DNA from: Campylobacterales bacterium
GTDB taxonomy: Bacteria; Campylobacterota; Campylobacteria; Campylobacterales; QNZT01
Direction: 5' to 3'
Assembly (NCBI GenBank): GCA_027080605.1
Contig: JALWRO010000021.1
Coordinates: forward strand, 1 to 31,042
DNA: 31,042 nt
Part shown: in pieces, positions 16,382 through 27,279 of the stretch
Layout: the number at the start of each line of letters is the position of its first letter
Numbering within the stretch: position 1 is the stretch's first letter
The notes under the pieces: model-generated
Seen by the model: the letters and a program-made list of their open reading frames with translations, nothing else
What the model was told of the DNA's origin: nothing
The model's database searches: none
Made by a program: the position numbers and the translations under genes

Positions 16382-19300
16382 ATGGATTTACTCAGAAGCT
16401 TTAAAGACAACTGCGGTTTTGGACTGCTTGCACATTTACACAACGTACCTTCTCACCAAAATGTGGAAGATGCGATTACTTCGCTGGAACGCATGATGCA
16501 TCGCGGTGCGATTGCAGCCGACGGCAAAAGTGGAGACGGCAGCGGTTTGCTGTTTGGTATGCCCCGGGAGTTTATGAAAAAGGTGGCAAAAGAGGAGGGT
16601 GTCGATCTGCCTGAGCAGTTTGGCGTCGGCATGCTTTTCCTTCAGGATGAGGCGCAGAAGGAGAAGATTGAAGAGATCTGTATAAACAACGATATTCGTG
16701 TACTGCTTTTCAGAAAAGTACCTGTCAATACCAATGCGCTCGGAGAGCAGGCACTGGCTTCACTTCCGGAGATCACACAGGTCTTCCTTGCGCCAAAATC
16801 GATCATTGCGACGAAACGTTTCGATGCGTTGCTCTATTTGACGAGACGTGAAATAGAAGATGTTTTTAAAGAGGAAGAAGATTTTTATATTCCCTCTTTT
16901 TCAACTTCGGTTATCGCCTATAAAGGTCTGGTGATGCCAACCCATATCCGGGAGTTTTACACTGATCTGACCGATCCGGATTTTAAAGTAGGCTTTGCGC
17001 TTTTCCACCAGAGATTTTCTACCAATACACTGCCTCAGTGGCGGCTGGCACAACCTTTTCGGTCGATTGCCCATAACGGTGAGATTAACTCGATTTCCGC
17101 CAATAGATTTAACGCTGCTGCAAAGAGTGAATGGATAGAGAGCCCGATTTTTTCCAACAAAGAGCTGGAAAAACTGTTGCCGATTACGAAATCCGGACAG
17201 AGTGACAGTGCGAGTCTGGATAATATGTTTGAGTTTCTTATCGCCAACGGTATGGATTTCTTCAAAGCGGCTCGTGCACTTATTCCGCCGCCGTGGCAAA
17301 ATGCACCGCATATGGATTCGCACCTGAGAGCTTTTTATGAGTATATGAGTACCTGTTTCGAAGCATGGGACGGTCCGGCTGCTGTGAGTCTGACTGATGG
17401 TCGCTATATCGGCTGTGTGCTTGACAGAAACGGCTTGCGCCCTGCAAAGTATGTCATTACCAGAGATGACCGCATTATCATTACCAGTGAGTACGGTGTT
17501 CTGGATGTCGATGAAGATTTGATTATCGAGAGGGGAAGGCTCCAGAGTGGTGAAATGATCGGTGTCGATCTGAAATTTGGCAAAATCCTCAAATCCGATG
17601 AAATTGACAACTATCTAAAATCCAGCAACTCATATGCTGACTGGCTCAATCAGAATATGACCTATCTGCAGGAGTTTGTGGAACTTCCGTTTAACGAAAC
17701 TCGTTGTTATGAGATTGATGAACTGGCAAAAAAGCAGCGTTTGGCAAATATTACGCAGGAGATCATCGAAATGGTTATTGAACCGATGATGAAAGACGGT
17801 AAGGAAAATACCGGTGCGATGGGTGATGATACACCGCTTGCCGCGTTTAGTAACAAACAGCGTAATTTCAGTGATTTTTTCAAACAGAAGTTTGCGCAGG
17901 TCACCAATCCACCGATCGATCCGATCCGTGAAAAAGTGGTCATGAGTCTCAATACCGGTTTTGGCGAAATTCGTAATATTCTTACCGAAGATCCTGATCA
18001 TGCCATCCGGCTTAAAGCGATCTCTCCGATTTTGATGGAAGAGAAATATGATGTACTCCTTTCCTTTGGAGACAAGAATCATCCCCGTTACAGAAAAGAG
18101 TATAAAAATAAAACTTTCTCCACACTTTTTGAAAAAGATATAAAAGGATCTCTTGAAGCGCTGGTGGCAGATGTTGTAAAAAGTGTGCGTGAAGAAGATG
18201 TGCGGATTATTATTCTCGATGATCGCTGTAACAGCAAAAACATGAAGTATATTCCGATGGCAATGGTGATTGGTCGGTTGAACAAAGTATTGCTTGACGA
18301 GGGTCTGAGACACTTGACTTCGACTATTGCCATTACTGCTGAAGCAGTCGATTCACACTCCAGTGCAACACTGATTGCTTACGGTGCCAATGCGATCTAC
18401 CCGTATCTTCTCTATGCTTCAGTACTGGAAATTTGTAAACAAAAAGGTGTATCCGGATATGAACAGAAACATGCGTTCAAAAACGTACACCATGCACTTG
18501 GTGCCGGATTGTTGAAGATTATGTCCAAAATGGGTATCGCGACGATCGCATCTTACCGTAACTCTTCACTTTTTGATGTTCTTGGTCTCAGTAATGAAAT
18601 TATAGAAGATTGCTTCTGTGATTCACACGGATTGATTCCCGGACTGGGATATGAAGATATTGAAGCGCGACTTGAGAGAGATTATCAAAATGCGATTTCT
18701 CTTGATGAACGCCGCAAACTCTTTCCTCTTGAAATAGGCGGTTTTCACAAATATATTCATGGAAATGAGCATCACGATTATTCACCGACTGTAGTCAACA
18801 GACTTCATGAAGCGTGCACAAGCGGTGATCCGGAAGCATATGACAAATATAAGACAGTGGTCAATGAACGCGGTTTGAAAATGATTCGTGACTTTTTTGT
18901 CTTTGAATCGGACAGAGAGCCGATTTCTCTGGATGAAGTAGAGCCGAAAGAGGCGATTTTCAAGCGCTTCTGTACCGCTGCAATGAGTCTGGGTTCAATC
19001 TCTCCCGAAGCGCATGAAGCGCTTGGAGAAGCAATGAACCGCATCGGTGCACAGTCCAACTCGGGTGAGGGCGGTGAAGCGCCTGAACGTCTCAAAAGTT
19101 CACGAAGATCGAAAATCAAACAGATCGCTTCGGGACGTTTCGGGGTTACACCGGAGTATCTCAGAAGTGCGGAAGAGATTCAGATCAAAGTGGCACAGGG
19201 TGCGAAACCTGGCGAGGGTGGTCAGTTACCGGGGCACAAAGTGACGCCGCTGATCGCATCGCTGCGTTATACCATTCCGGGTGTGACGCTGATTTCGCCG

Positions 19301-20806
19301 CCGCCGCATCATGATATCTACTCTATCGAAGATCTGGCGCAGCTTATTTTCGACATGAAGCAGATCAACCCCGATGCGACCATTACCGTCAAACTGGTTT
19401 CGACAGCAGGTGTCGGTACGATTGCCGCAGGTGTCGCCAAAGCCTATGCCGATAAGATTATTATCTCCGGCGGTGACGGTGGTACGGGTGCGGCACCTCT
19501 GACGTCGATCAAATATGCCGGTAATCCGTGGGAGCTTGGTTTAAGCGAAGCACACAATGCCCTGAAAGTCAACGGACTCAGAGAATTTGTGCATCTCCAG
19601 ACAGACGGTGGACTCAAAACCGGACTCGATGTCATTAAAGCGGCGATGCTCGGGGCGGAGAGTTATGCGTTCGGTACGGCGGCGCTGACGATGGTTGGAT
19701 GCCGGATTCTGAGAATCTGTCACATGAACAAATGTACCGTCGGTGTTGCGACACAGGATGAAAACCTGAGAGAACATTTTGTCGGAACCGTTGATCGGGT
19801 AATTAACTTTTTCACACTTCTGGCGGAAGATGTACGGCAGATCATGGCATCACTGGGGTACAGAACGATGGAAGAGCTGATCGGTCGCAGTGATCTCATG
19901 AAGCTGAGAGACGATCCTTTTGTGCAGAAGTTCGATTTCTCTTTCATACTGCAGCAGGTGGAGGGTGTCAATACCTGTCAGCGGGAAAGAAATGAACCGT
20001 TTGATAAAAACGAGTATGAGAAGAAGATTCTCAAAGAGGTTTACAAAGTTATCGAAAATCCGAAAGAGAGTATTGTCGTTACCAAAAAAATCAGCAACCT
20101 GAATCGAAGTTTCGGTACGCTGATCAGCGGTGAAGTTGCTAAATATTACGGCAATGCGGGCTTGCCTGATGACAGTATTACCTTTAAACTCGAAGGGATT
20201 ACCGGACAGTCTCTGGGAGCTTTCCTGACCAAAGGTATCTCTATCTATGTCCGCGGTGCCGGAAACGATTATGTGGGTAAAGGTATGAACGGTGGCAAGA
20301 TCGTCATTACTCCACAAACCCAGAGCGAACAGTTTTCATGTGCGGGAAATACCTGTCTTTACGGTGCAACAGGCGGTAAGCTTTTTGTCGCGGGAAGTAT
20401 CGGTGAGCGTTTTGCGGTCAGAAATTCCGGTGCGATTGCGGTGGTCGAGGGAACGGGTGATCACGCCTGTGAATATATGACCGGCGGTGTTGTGGTGATT
20501 CTTGGGAAAACAGGGGTCAACTTCGGTGCGGGTATGACCGGCGGTGTGGCGTTTATTTACGATGAAGACCGTGAATTTTTCGATAATCTCAATCAGGAGC
20601 TTGTCAATGCGACGAGAATCGATACAGATGAATCGGATGAAGAGAGACACTACATCAAGAAACTGCTGCGTACATATATTAACGAAACATCGAGCAAGAA
20701 AGCGCAGTACATTCTGGACAATTTCAGACATACGCTGAGGGATTTCTGGATTGTTAGACCGAAAGATATGCGTAAAACACCGTTAAATCCGGATGAGGGG
20801 GATTAG
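16382..20806 (+). CDS. gltB: Glutamate synthase large subunit
   Basis: N-terminal CGFG, HQRFSTNT, HNGEIN, WDGPA, AMSLGSIS, SNSGEGG, KVAQGAKPGEGGQL, CHMNKCTVGVATQ, GXGXG C-domain. ATG 16382 preferred over TTG 16376. Confidence 0.98.
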   Translation: MDLLRSFKDNCGFGLLAHLHNVPSHQNVEDAITSLERMMHRGAIAADGKSGDGSGLLFGMPREFMKKVAKEEGVDLPEQFGVGMLFLQDEAQKEKIEEICINNDIRVLLFRKVPVNTNALGEQALASLPEITQVFLAPKSIIATKRFDALLYLTRREIEDVFKEEEDFYIPSFSTSVIAYKGLVMPTHIREFYTDLTDPDFKVGFALFHQRFSTNTLPQWRLAQPFRSIAHNGEINSISANRFNAAAKSEWIESPIFSNKELEKLLPITKSGQSDSASLDNMFEFLIANGMDFFKAARALIPPPWQNAPHMDSHLRAFYEYMSTCFEAWDGPAAVSLTDGRYIGCVLDRNGLRPAKYVITRDDRIIITSEYGVLDVDEDLIIERGRLQSGEMIGVDLKFGKILKSDEIDNYLKSSNSYADWLNQNMTYLQEFVELPFNETRCYEIDELAKKQRLANITQEIIEMVIEPMMKDGKENTGAMGDDTPLAAFSNKQRNFSDFFKQKFAQVTNPPIDPIREKVVMSLNTGFGEIRNILTEDPDHAIRLKAISPILMEEKYDVLLSFGDKNHPRYRKEYKNKTFSTLFEKDIKGSLEALVADVVKSVREEDVRIIILDDRCNSKNMKYIPMAMVIGRLNKVLLDEGLRHLTSTIAITAEAVDSHSSATLIAYGANAIYPYLLYASVLEICKQKGVSGYEQKHAFKNVHHALGAGLLKIMSKMGIATIASYRNSSLFDVLGLSNEIIEDCFCDSHGLIPGLGYEDIEARLERDYQNAISLDERRKLFPLEIGGFHKYIHGNEHHDYSPTVVNRLHEACTSGDPEAYDKYKTVVNERGLKMIRDFFVFESDREPISLDEVEPKEAIFKRFCTAAMSLGSISPEAHEALGEAMNRIGAQSNSGEGGEAPERLKSSRRSKIKQIASGRFGVTPEYLRSAEEIQIKVAQGAKPGEGGQLPGHKVTPLIASLRYTIPGVTLISPPPHHDIYSIEDLAQLIFDMKQINPDATITVKLVSTAGVGTIAAGVAKAYADKIIISGGDGGTGAAPLTSIKYAGNPWELGLSEAHNALKVNGLREFVHLQTDGGLKTGLDVIKAAMLGAESYAFGTAALTMVGCRILRICHMNKCTVGVATQDENLREHFVGTVDRVINFFTLLAEDVRQIMASLGYRTMEELIGRSDLMKLRDDPFVQKFDFSFILQQVEGVNTCQRERNEPFDKNEYEKKILKEVYKVIENPKESIVVTKKISNLNRSFGTLISGEVAKYYGNAGLPDDSITFKLEGITGQSLGAFLTKGISIYVRGAGNDYVGKGMNGGKIVITPQTQSEQFSCAGNTCLYGATGGKLFVAGSIGERFAVRNSGAIAVVEGTGDHACEYMTGGVVVILGKTGVNFGAGMTGGVAFIYDEDREFFDNLNQELVNATRIDTDESDEERHYIKKLLRTYINETSSKKAQYILDNFRHTLRDFWIVRPKDMRKTPLNPDEGD

Positions 20807-20809
20807 AAT

Positions 20810-22207
20810 ATGCAAAACTTTACCAACCTGGAAAGAATTGAACCGTTAAAGCGCGGTTCAAACGAAAGAAAGAAAGATTACAAAGAGATCTATGAAGTTT
20901 TCAGACCTTCCGAAGCGTCTGCACAGTCTGACCGATGTGTACAGTGCGGTGATCCGGGATGTCATGACAAATGTCCGTTGCATAACTATATTCCCTATTG
21001 GCTGCGCGGTGTAGCGTCAAAAGATATCGCGCTTTCTTTTAAAATTTCCAATGAGACCAATCCGTTTCCGGAGATTACCGGACGTATCTGTCCGCAGGAC
21101 AGACTTTGTGAAGGCGACTGTACCCTCCACCAGGACGGTTACGGTGCTATTACAATCGGTTCGATTGAGACGTTTATCAGTGAAGAGGGCTTTAAAAAAG
21201 GGTTGACACCGGAATTCGCGGAACACTTTACCGACAAAAAAGTGGCTATTGTCGGTTCCGGACCTGCCGGATTTTCGGCAGCCACGTATCTGATGCGTGC
21301 GGGTATCAAAGTGGAGATGTTTGAAAAAGCCAACCGTCCCGGCGGTTTGCTGACGTATGGAATTCCTAACTTTAAACTGGAAAAAGAGGTGGTATTCAGA
21401 CGTTTCAAGTTTTTGCAGGATGCCGGCATGAAACTTTTTCTGAATGTGGAAGTGGGAAAAGATATCGATTTTAAAGAGTTGCTGGAAAATTACGATGCCG
21501 TATTTATCGGGATCGGTGCGGAAAAACCGAAAAAAGCGAATATTCCCGGCGAAAATGCGGAAAATGTTTTTCTCGCAATGGACTTTTTGCGCAGTATCCA
21601 GAAAAAACTTTTTGAAGAAGTGTATGATCATAAATATGAAGTTTCAGGCAAGCGTGTTGTAGTGATCGGCGGTGGTGATACGGCGATGGATTGTATCAGA
21701 ACATCGCTTCGTGAGGGTGCAGCAAGTGTCAAGTGCCTCTATCGACGTGACGCCAAAAATATGCCGGGAAGCCGCAAAGAGTTTAAAAATGCGAAAGAGG
21801 AGGGGGCTGAGTTTATCTTCAATGCTTCTCCCAAAGAGATCCTGATCAATGAAAAAGGGGAAGTGATCGGCATTGAGATGCTTAAAACCCAGCTTTCACA
21901 AAAAGATGAAAGTGGACGACAGCGTGTGGAAATTGTCGATAACAGCGAATTTCGCGTCGATGCCGATGTGATTATTATGGCACTCGGTTTTGATCCTGTC
22001 AAACCGGAATTTCTCTATGAAAACGGTATAGAGACGAACAGATGGGGCGGTATTGTCGCCGATGAAAACCAGGAGTGCAGCAAACCGTTCGTCTTTACCG
22101 GAGGGGATTGTTTCAGAGGCAGTGATCTTGTCGTGACTGCCGCGCAGGACGGTAAAATAGCCGCACAGGCAATAGCGAAAAAATTACTGGCACCTGTCCA
22201 GGATTAG
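20810..22207 (+). CDS. gltD: Glutamate synthase small subunit
   Basis: RCVQCGDPGCHDKCP, GRICPQDRLCEGDC, GSGPAG, GGLLTYGIPNFKL, GGGDTAMDC, GSDLVV. Confidence 0.97.
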   Translation: MQNFTNLERIEPLKRGSNERKKDYKEIYEVFRPSEASAQSDRCVQCGDPGCHDKCPLHNYIPYWLRGVASKDIALSFKISNETNPFPEITGRICPQDRLCEGDCTLHQDGYGAITIGSIETFISEEGFKKGLTPEFAEHFTDKKVAIVGSGPAGFSAATYLMRAGIKVEMFEKANRPGGLLTYGIPNFKLEKEVVFRRFKFLQDAGMKLFLNVEVGKDIDFKELLENYDAVFIGIGAEKPKKANIPGENAENVFLAMDFLRSIQKKLFEEVYDHKYEVSGKRVVVIGGGDTAMDCIRTSLREGAASVKCLYRRDAKNMPGSRKEFKNAKEEGAEFIFNASPKEILINEKGEVIGIEMLKTQLSQKDESGRQRVEIVDNSEFRVDADVIIMALGFDPVKPEFLYENGIETNRWGGIVADENQECSKPFVFTGGDCFRGSDLVVTAAQDGKIAAQAIAKKLLAPVQD

Positions 22208-22953
22208 TGATAATGTCCCGGGAAAGCCGCTGTGAAGCGTTTGTCAATGCTGCTGTCAAAGCGAATCAGGAAGTTTACCAAAGGTTAAAAAATCCTGATC
22301 CTTCTTTGTATGAAGCATTGCAGCAAGGTGCGGGTGGCGATATCACCCACGGGATCGATCAGCTTTCAGAAGATATATTTGTACGGCATCTTGGCTCATT
22401 CGGGCGAATCAGTTCGGAAGAGAGCGGGATGATCGGTACAGGCAGTGAACTGATCAGTCTCGATCCGCTTGACGGCAGTGACAATTTTCTCTCGGGACTT
22501 CCCTATTACGGTACCTCGGTAGCGTGGGAAGATGAGACGGGAAAAATGGTTGCGGGTATCGTGACCAATCTTGCCACAGGCAGCATTTATATCAAAACTA
22601 AAACCGATTTTGTCCGTGGTCATCTGGAATGCATGAAGATGCAGCCTGTGTCTTTGCGAAAGCATTCGACAGTCGGTATTTATGAACGTGTGTACCGTTC
22701 GTTTGAGAATGTCAACAAACTGAAAAAAGCCCATGTCAAGTACCGTTCTCCGGGCGCTATTGCACTCTCTCTCGCGCTGGCAAGAGATGTCTCTTTTGTG
22801 ATTATGGAGGGGCGGCTCAGAGACTTCGATGTGAAGGCAGGCTTGTTTATGTGCGAAGATTTGTATCAGCATAAAACAAATGATTTAACGCTAATATGCC
22901 ATCAGGAAAATATATTTAAACGATTAAAAACCATACTGTTTGAGGATGAGTGA
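22207..22953 (+). CDS. Inositol monophosphatase family protein
   Basis: [37 protein letters not shown]; start GTG 22207 or ATG 22213. Confidence 0.85.
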   Translation: MIMSRESRCEAFVNAAVKANQEVYQRLKNPDPSLYEALQQGAGGDITHGIDQLSEDIFVRHLGSFGRISSEESGMIGTGSELISLDPLDGSDNFLSGLPYYGTSVAWEDETGKMVAGIVTNLATGSIYIKTKTDFVRGHLECMKMQPVSLRKHSTVGIYERVYRSFENVNKLKKAHVKYRSPGAIALSLALARDVSFVIMEGRLRDFDVKAGLFMCEDLYQHKTNDLTLICHQENIFKRLKTILFEDE

Positions 22954-23921
22954 TGAACTTCGGTGACATTTTTAAGAACTTCAGGAAGCAGCAACCTACA
23001 CGAGACGAAGCGCCCAGCCACTGGGTCAAGTGCCCCCAATGTAACTCTTTAATGTACTACAAAGAGGTGGAGAACCTTGCACAGGTATGTCCAAAATGTA
23101 AATTTCATATGCGTATCGGTGCGCAAAAGCGTATTGATTTGCTGGCAGACAAAGGGACATTTACGGAGTATGATGCCGATTTGATTCCGGTGGATCCTCT
23201 CGGTTTTGTCGATAAAAAATCGTATAAAAAACGTGTTGCTGAGAGTGAAAAAAAGACAGGCAAACGCTCCTCCGTTGTCTCTGGAGAGTGCACGATTGGC
23301 GGGGTGCCTATACAGCTGGTGGTATTCGACTTTACGTTTATGGGCGGCAGTCTGGGCTCTGTAGAGGGTGAAAAAATTGTACGTGCGGTACACCGGGCGA
23401 TTGAAAAGCGCCAGGGTGTGATCATTGTCAGTGCCAGCGGCGGTGCGAGGATGCAGGAGAGTACTTTTTCGCTGTTGCAAATGTCCAAAACATCTGCGGC
23501 GTTGAAACGGCTTGCCAAAGAGGGGCTGCCGTATATCTCTGTGCTGACTGACCCGACGATGGGTGGTGTCAGTGCATCGTTTGCGATGCTTGGCGATGTG
23601 ATTATTGCAGAACCGGGTGCTTTGATCGGCTTTGCCGGTCAAAGGGTGATCAAACAGACAATCGGTGCGGAGTTGCCGGAAGGATTTCAGCGTTCGGAAT
23701 TTCTCATGAAACACGGTTTTCTGGATCTTATCGTACAGCGTTCGGAAATGAAAAAGACACTTGCCGATCTGCTGCTCTATTTCAGTGCGGGAATCAACAA
23801 AGCACAGGAAGAGCACTTTGTACCCCGAAGGCGCAAAGAGGATTTTCAGACACCCGAACCGGAACCGGTCGTTACGCCCGAACCTGAGCCTGAGAACGAC
23901 CAAGGCGCTGATGCAACATAA
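22953..23921 (+). CDS. accD: Acetyl-CoA carboxylase carboxyltransferase beta subunit with a C-terminal Pro/Glu-rich extension
   Basis: WVKCPQC..CPKC zinc ribbon, [41 protein letters not shown]; GAGGA RBS before ATG 22953. Confidence 0.97.
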   Translation: MNFGDIFKNFRKQQPTRDEAPSHWVKCPQCNSLMYYKEVENLAQVCPKCKFHMRIGAQKRIDLLADKGTFTEYDADLIPVDPLGFVDKKSYKKRVAESEKKTGKRSSVVSGECTIGGVPIQLVVFDFTFMGGSLGSVEGEKIVRAVHRAIEKRQGVIIVSASGGARMQESTFSLLQMSKTSAALKRLAKEGLPYISVLTDPTMGGVSASFAMLGDVIIAEPGALIGFAGQRVIKQTIGAELPEGFQRSEFLMKHGFLDLIVQRSEMKKTLADLLLYFSAGINKAQEEHFVPRRRKEDFQTPEPEPVVTPEPEPENDQGADAT

Positions 23922-24477
23922 AATCTACGCTCTTTTCGATTTTGAGCTGAATCGAAAGAAGGGCTGTACGCTTCATGAATTCCTCCAGCTTCCCAAAGTG
24001 CAGTCCGCTGCACTGCTTCAGTACCGGGACAAAGTCGGTACTACTGCACAAAAAATAGAAAATATTTGTTTTTTCAAGAACAATTTTCACGGTTCCGTGA
24101 TTATCAATGATGATCTTACCTTGATTTCATATGCGGACGGCTTGCATGTCGGACAGGAAGATGTGTTACGTTTCGGAACATCGGTTGAAAACGGTATTAA
24201 GCTTTTGCGGGCGCGGATCGGTAGCAAACTGCTGGGACTCTCTACCCACAATTTTCATGAAATAAAAGTGGCGAACAGCCTCCCCCTGGACTATATCGGG
24301 CTGGGTGCCTACCGAAATACATCTACTAAAAATGTTACACATCTACTGGGGGAAAAGATCAGTTCACTGGCGGCTGAAAGTGTGCATGATGTTGCCGTGA
24401 TCGGTGGCGTTAAAAGTAGTGATAAAATCGCGAATGCCGCGTATCTCGTACTGGGTTCTGATCTCTATGAAAATTGA
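23911..24477 (+). CDS. thiE: Thiamine-phosphate synthase family protein
   Basis: [40 protein letters not shown]. Start moved to ATG 23911. Confidence 0.8.
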   Translation: MQHKIYALFDFELNRKKGCTLHEFLQLPKVQSAALLQYRDKVGTTAQKIENICFFKNNFHGSVIINDDLTLISYADGLHVGQEDVLRFGTSVENGIKLLRARIGSKLLGLSTHNFHEIKVANSLPLDYIGLGAYRNTSTKNVTHLLGEKISSLAAESVHDVAVIGGVKSSDKIANAAYLVLGSDLYEN

Positions 24478-24922
24478 TCTTTATACCATCGAAAAACAGT
24501 CCCGTGACGAGTATGCAGCCATAGGTGATCACTTCCGAAAAATGATCGGTAAATATGCTTCGATGCGGGAGCATAATATCTTTAACAAGAAAATTAATTC
24601 TGCCCAGAACAGAGATGCAAAGAGTGCGCAGGAGAGCTATACACAGGCATTTTTACCCTATATGAAAGGGTATAATATTATTTTACATCCTGAAGGAAAA
24701 ATATTAGATAGTTTTGAATTTTATAAAAGTTTTGATATAAATACAAACTTAAATTTTTTTATTGGCGGTGCATACGGTTTTGAAAAAGACTTTTTGCAAA
24801 AAGGCGATTTAATTATAAGTTTAAGTAAATTGACTTTAAGTCACAAAATAGCAAAAGTCGTGCTTTACGAACAGATATACAGAGCATTGACACTTTTGCA
24901 CAAACATCCGTATCACAAGTGA
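24467..24922 (+). CDS. rlmH: 23S rRNA (pseudouridine1915-N3)-methyltransferase
   Basis: FFIGGAYG, ISLSKLTLSH, VLYEQIYRA, HPYHK. Start moved to ATG 24467. Confidence 0.92.
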   Translation: MKIDLYTIEKQSRDEYAAIGDHFRKMIGKYASMREHNIFNKKINSAQNRDAKSAQESYTQAFLPYMKGYNIILHPEGKILDSFEFYKSFDINTNLNFFIGGAYGFEKDFLQKGDLIISLSKLTLSHKIAKVVLYEQIYRALTLLHKHPYHK

Positions 24923-24945
24923 TGCCAGGCAATAAAGGAGCGTAT

Positions 24946-25296
24946 ATGACAGAAGAACAACTTAAAGAATTCGAAACGATGCTGAACCAGCGTAAGGAAG
25001 AGATTCAAAAGACCGTACAGGACAGTGAAAAAGAGATACAGTCACTGAAAAGTGCCGATGCCAGTGATGAAGCAGACCATGCAACCATCAGCGCGGATAG
25101 TGAAATAGAGCGTACAATCAGCTCCAAACTGATGAATGAATTAAAAGAGATAGATTATGCTCTTTTTAAGATTTCGAACAAAACGTACGGAATCTGTGAG
25201 ATGTGCGAGGAGCCCATCGGTATCGCCAGACTGCAAGTCAAACCACAGGCGAAATATTGTATAGTATGCAGAGAGATAGTAGAAAAATCATCATAG
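24946..25296 (+). CDS. dksA: RNA polymerase-binding protein DksA
   Basis: DEADHA coiled-coil tip, YGICEMC...CIVC zinc finger; AAGGAG RBS before ATG 24946. Confidence 0.93.
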   Translation: MTEEQLKEFETMLNQRKEEIQKTVQDSEKEIQSLKSADASDEADHATISADSEIERTISSKLMNELKEIDYALFKISNKTYGICEMCEEPIGIARLQVKPQAKYCIVCREIVEKSS

Positions 25297-25309
25297 AAGG
25301 ACTATACAT

Positions 25310-26320
25310 ATGGGCTTAAAAAAGTATATCATTTTCGGCGCGCTTTTTTTAATAGCGATGGGAGTAGGGATCTACTCTTATACCGGTGATTACTATGCCA
25401 TGCCAATTGCGGGAGTGACACTGAGACTTCCGGTTGCAGTGTGGGTGATGCTTCCCGCATTTCTGCTCTATCTGATGACAATCGTACATTTGATGTTTTA
25501 CGGTGCAGTAACGTTCAGCAGACTCAGAGCCATCAAAAAAGACAGTGAAAAATTTGTCGAAAACGCCAAACGTGCGCTGCTTGGAAAACAGTTGAGCGGC
25601 GAGGGGTACAAAAGCGAAGCCTTCAAACTTCCCGGTGCGATTTTGCCGCTTTTGAATATCGATCCGAAGCGTTCCGCGCATCACCGTGTCTATGATGACG
25701 GTATACAGGATATACTTGAAGCCAAACAGCGTGTTAAAGAGGGTGAAGTGATTGACCTCTCGAAGTTCAACCTTCTCTCTGACAACGCACTCGTACTGAA
25801 AAATGCGGAAAACGCACTTGCAAAAGACAAAACCTATGCGACAACGATTTTGAAAAAATGTGACGATAAAAAGCTGTGTCAGAAAGCCCATCTGTCACTT
25901 GCGGAGTTTGCGTCACTCGATGAAATCAAAAAATATGAAGTCGAACCGACCAAAGAACTTTTTGATAGACTGATCGACCGTATCGGCGCCAAAGAAAATC
26001 CGATCGAAATGAGTGACGATGACATTATTGCATATATTCGTCAGCTCAATTTCAAGAAAGAAGATTTCATAGCGCTGGCGAAAAAACTGAAACGGAAACT
26101 CAACCCGGATCGTCTGATTTTACTCTTTGAAAAACTGGCACATGAATTTCCTCATGAAGCTGGCGACGGGTACCTGTACCTGCTGTTTGAGCTTCAGATG
26201 GTGGATACTGCCAGAGAGTATCTTGAAAACTCCAGTGAAGAGGAGTATCCGGTATTTAAATATCTGCTCTTCCTCAAAGACAGCGGCAAAAATTTCGATA
26301 CCGATCTTTTCTTCAAATAG
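25310..26320 (+). CDS. Conserved membrane-anchored hypothetical protein
   Basis: Two N-terminal hydrophobic segments followed by a helical soluble region; lies between dksA and dus, as recalled for C. jejuni. Confidence 0.8.
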   Translation: MGLKKYIIFGALFLIAMGVGIYSYTGDYYAMPIAGVTLRLPVAVWVMLPAFLLYLMTIVHLMFYGAVTFSRLRAIKKDSEKFVENAKRALLGKQLSGEGYKSEAFKLPGAILPLLNIDPKRSAHHRVYDDGIQDILEAKQRVKEGEVIDLSKFNLLSDNALVLKNAENALAKDKTYATTILKKCDDKKLCQKAHLSLAEFASLDEIKKYEVEPTKELFDRLIDRIGAKENPIEMSDDDIIAYIRQLNFKKEDFIALAKKLKRKLNPDRLILLFEKLAHEFPHEAGDGYLYLLFELQMVDTAREYLENSSEEEYPVFKYLLFLKDSGKNFDTDLFFK

Positions 26321-27270
26321 TGCCGGTGAAAAAAGCACTGATCGACTTTTCCAAAAAAGATCTCGTTGCACTCGCTCCACTGGCAGGGTATACCGATTTG
26401 CCTTTTCGGCATGTCGTGAAAAAATTCGGTGTTGATCTCACCTTTTCGGAGATGATCAGCGCCAATGCCCTCGTACACAACTCCAAAAAATCTTTTAAAA
26501 TGCTTGAAAAATCCCCGCTGGAAGTCCCCTATATCGTACAGATTGCCACAGGAGATGTCGAGGTCGCCCGGAAAACTGTGGAGATTTTAAACGATATCGA
26601 GGGGATAGACGGGATCGATCTTAACTGCGGGTGTCCAGTCCCCAAAGTCGTTTCCCAAAACTCAGGTTCATCGCTGCTGCAGGATCTCGACCAGCTTGCA
26701 AGGGTTGTGGAGACGATTAAAACATATTCCAATAAGCAATATACTTCTGTCAAATCGAGACTCGGGTTTGCCGAGAAGATCCCCGAAGAGATCGCCAAAA
26801 CAGTGGAAAAAGCGGGTGCCGATTTTCTGACACTGCACGGACGGACACGTGCAGGAAAATACAAAGCGCCGGTCGATTACGATGCCATTCGCCGTGCAAA
26901 GGAGGCAGTTGCTATTCCGGTGATTGCCAACGGCGATATCACTTCAGTAGAGCGTGTGCGGGAAGTGCGTAAAGCAACCGGATGTGACGGTGTTATGATT
27001 GGGCGTGGTGCTGTCGGGAACCCGTGGATATTTTACCAGATCAAAGCGAACCAGACCTATGTCGACAAGTCGAAAATCCTGGAAATAGTACTGGAACATT
27101 ACGATGCGATGATCGACTTTTACGGAGAAAAAGGCGCCACTATTTTTCGCAAGCATGTCCATACCTACTCGAAAAGTTTCCCAAACGCTTCACAATTTCG
27201 TGATAATGTCAACCGAGTCGATGATGTCGCCGTTATACGGGAGATGATTGTCGATTTTTTTAGCAACTAA
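26320..27270 (+). CDS. dusB: tRNA-dihydrouridine synthase (DusB-like)
   Basis: LAPLAGYTD, DLNCGCP, HGRTR, IANGDI, MIGRGA, RKH. Confidence 0.92.
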   Translation: MPVKKALIDFSKKDLVALAPLAGYTDLPFRHVVKKFGVDLTFSEMISANALVHNSKKSFKMLEKSPLEVPYIVQIATGDVEVARKTVEILNDIEGIDGIDLNCGCPVPKVVSQNSGSSLLQDLDQLARVVETIKTYSNKQYTSVKSRLGFAEKIPEEIAKTVEKAGADFLTLHGRTRAGKYKAPVDYDAIRRAKEAVAIPVIANGDITSVERVREVRKATGCDGVMIGRGAVGNPWIFYQIKANQTYVDKSKILEIVLEHYDAMIDFYGEKGATIFRKHVHTYSKSFPNASQFRDNVNRVDDVAVIREMIVDFFSN

Positions 27271-27279
27271 TGGTATAAT
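27271..27279 (+). promoter_or_regulatory. Extended -10 box (TGGTATAAT) for the DUF2018-ispB-hemA-proS operon
   Basis: Exact TGnTATAAT immediately after the dus stop codon. Confidence 0.75.

Noticed and set aside
16382-22207. Functional linkage of gltBD to the glucosylglycerate module via nitrogen limitation
   Set aside because: They are about 9 kb apart with many unrelated housekeeping genes between; proximity alone is not evidence.
2801-24466. Apparent N-terminal extensions/fusions in the track ORFs starting at 2801, 5269, 23761 and 24404
   Set aside because: The extensions overlap upstream genes in other frames; homology begins at internal ATGs (3095, 5506, 23911, 24467).
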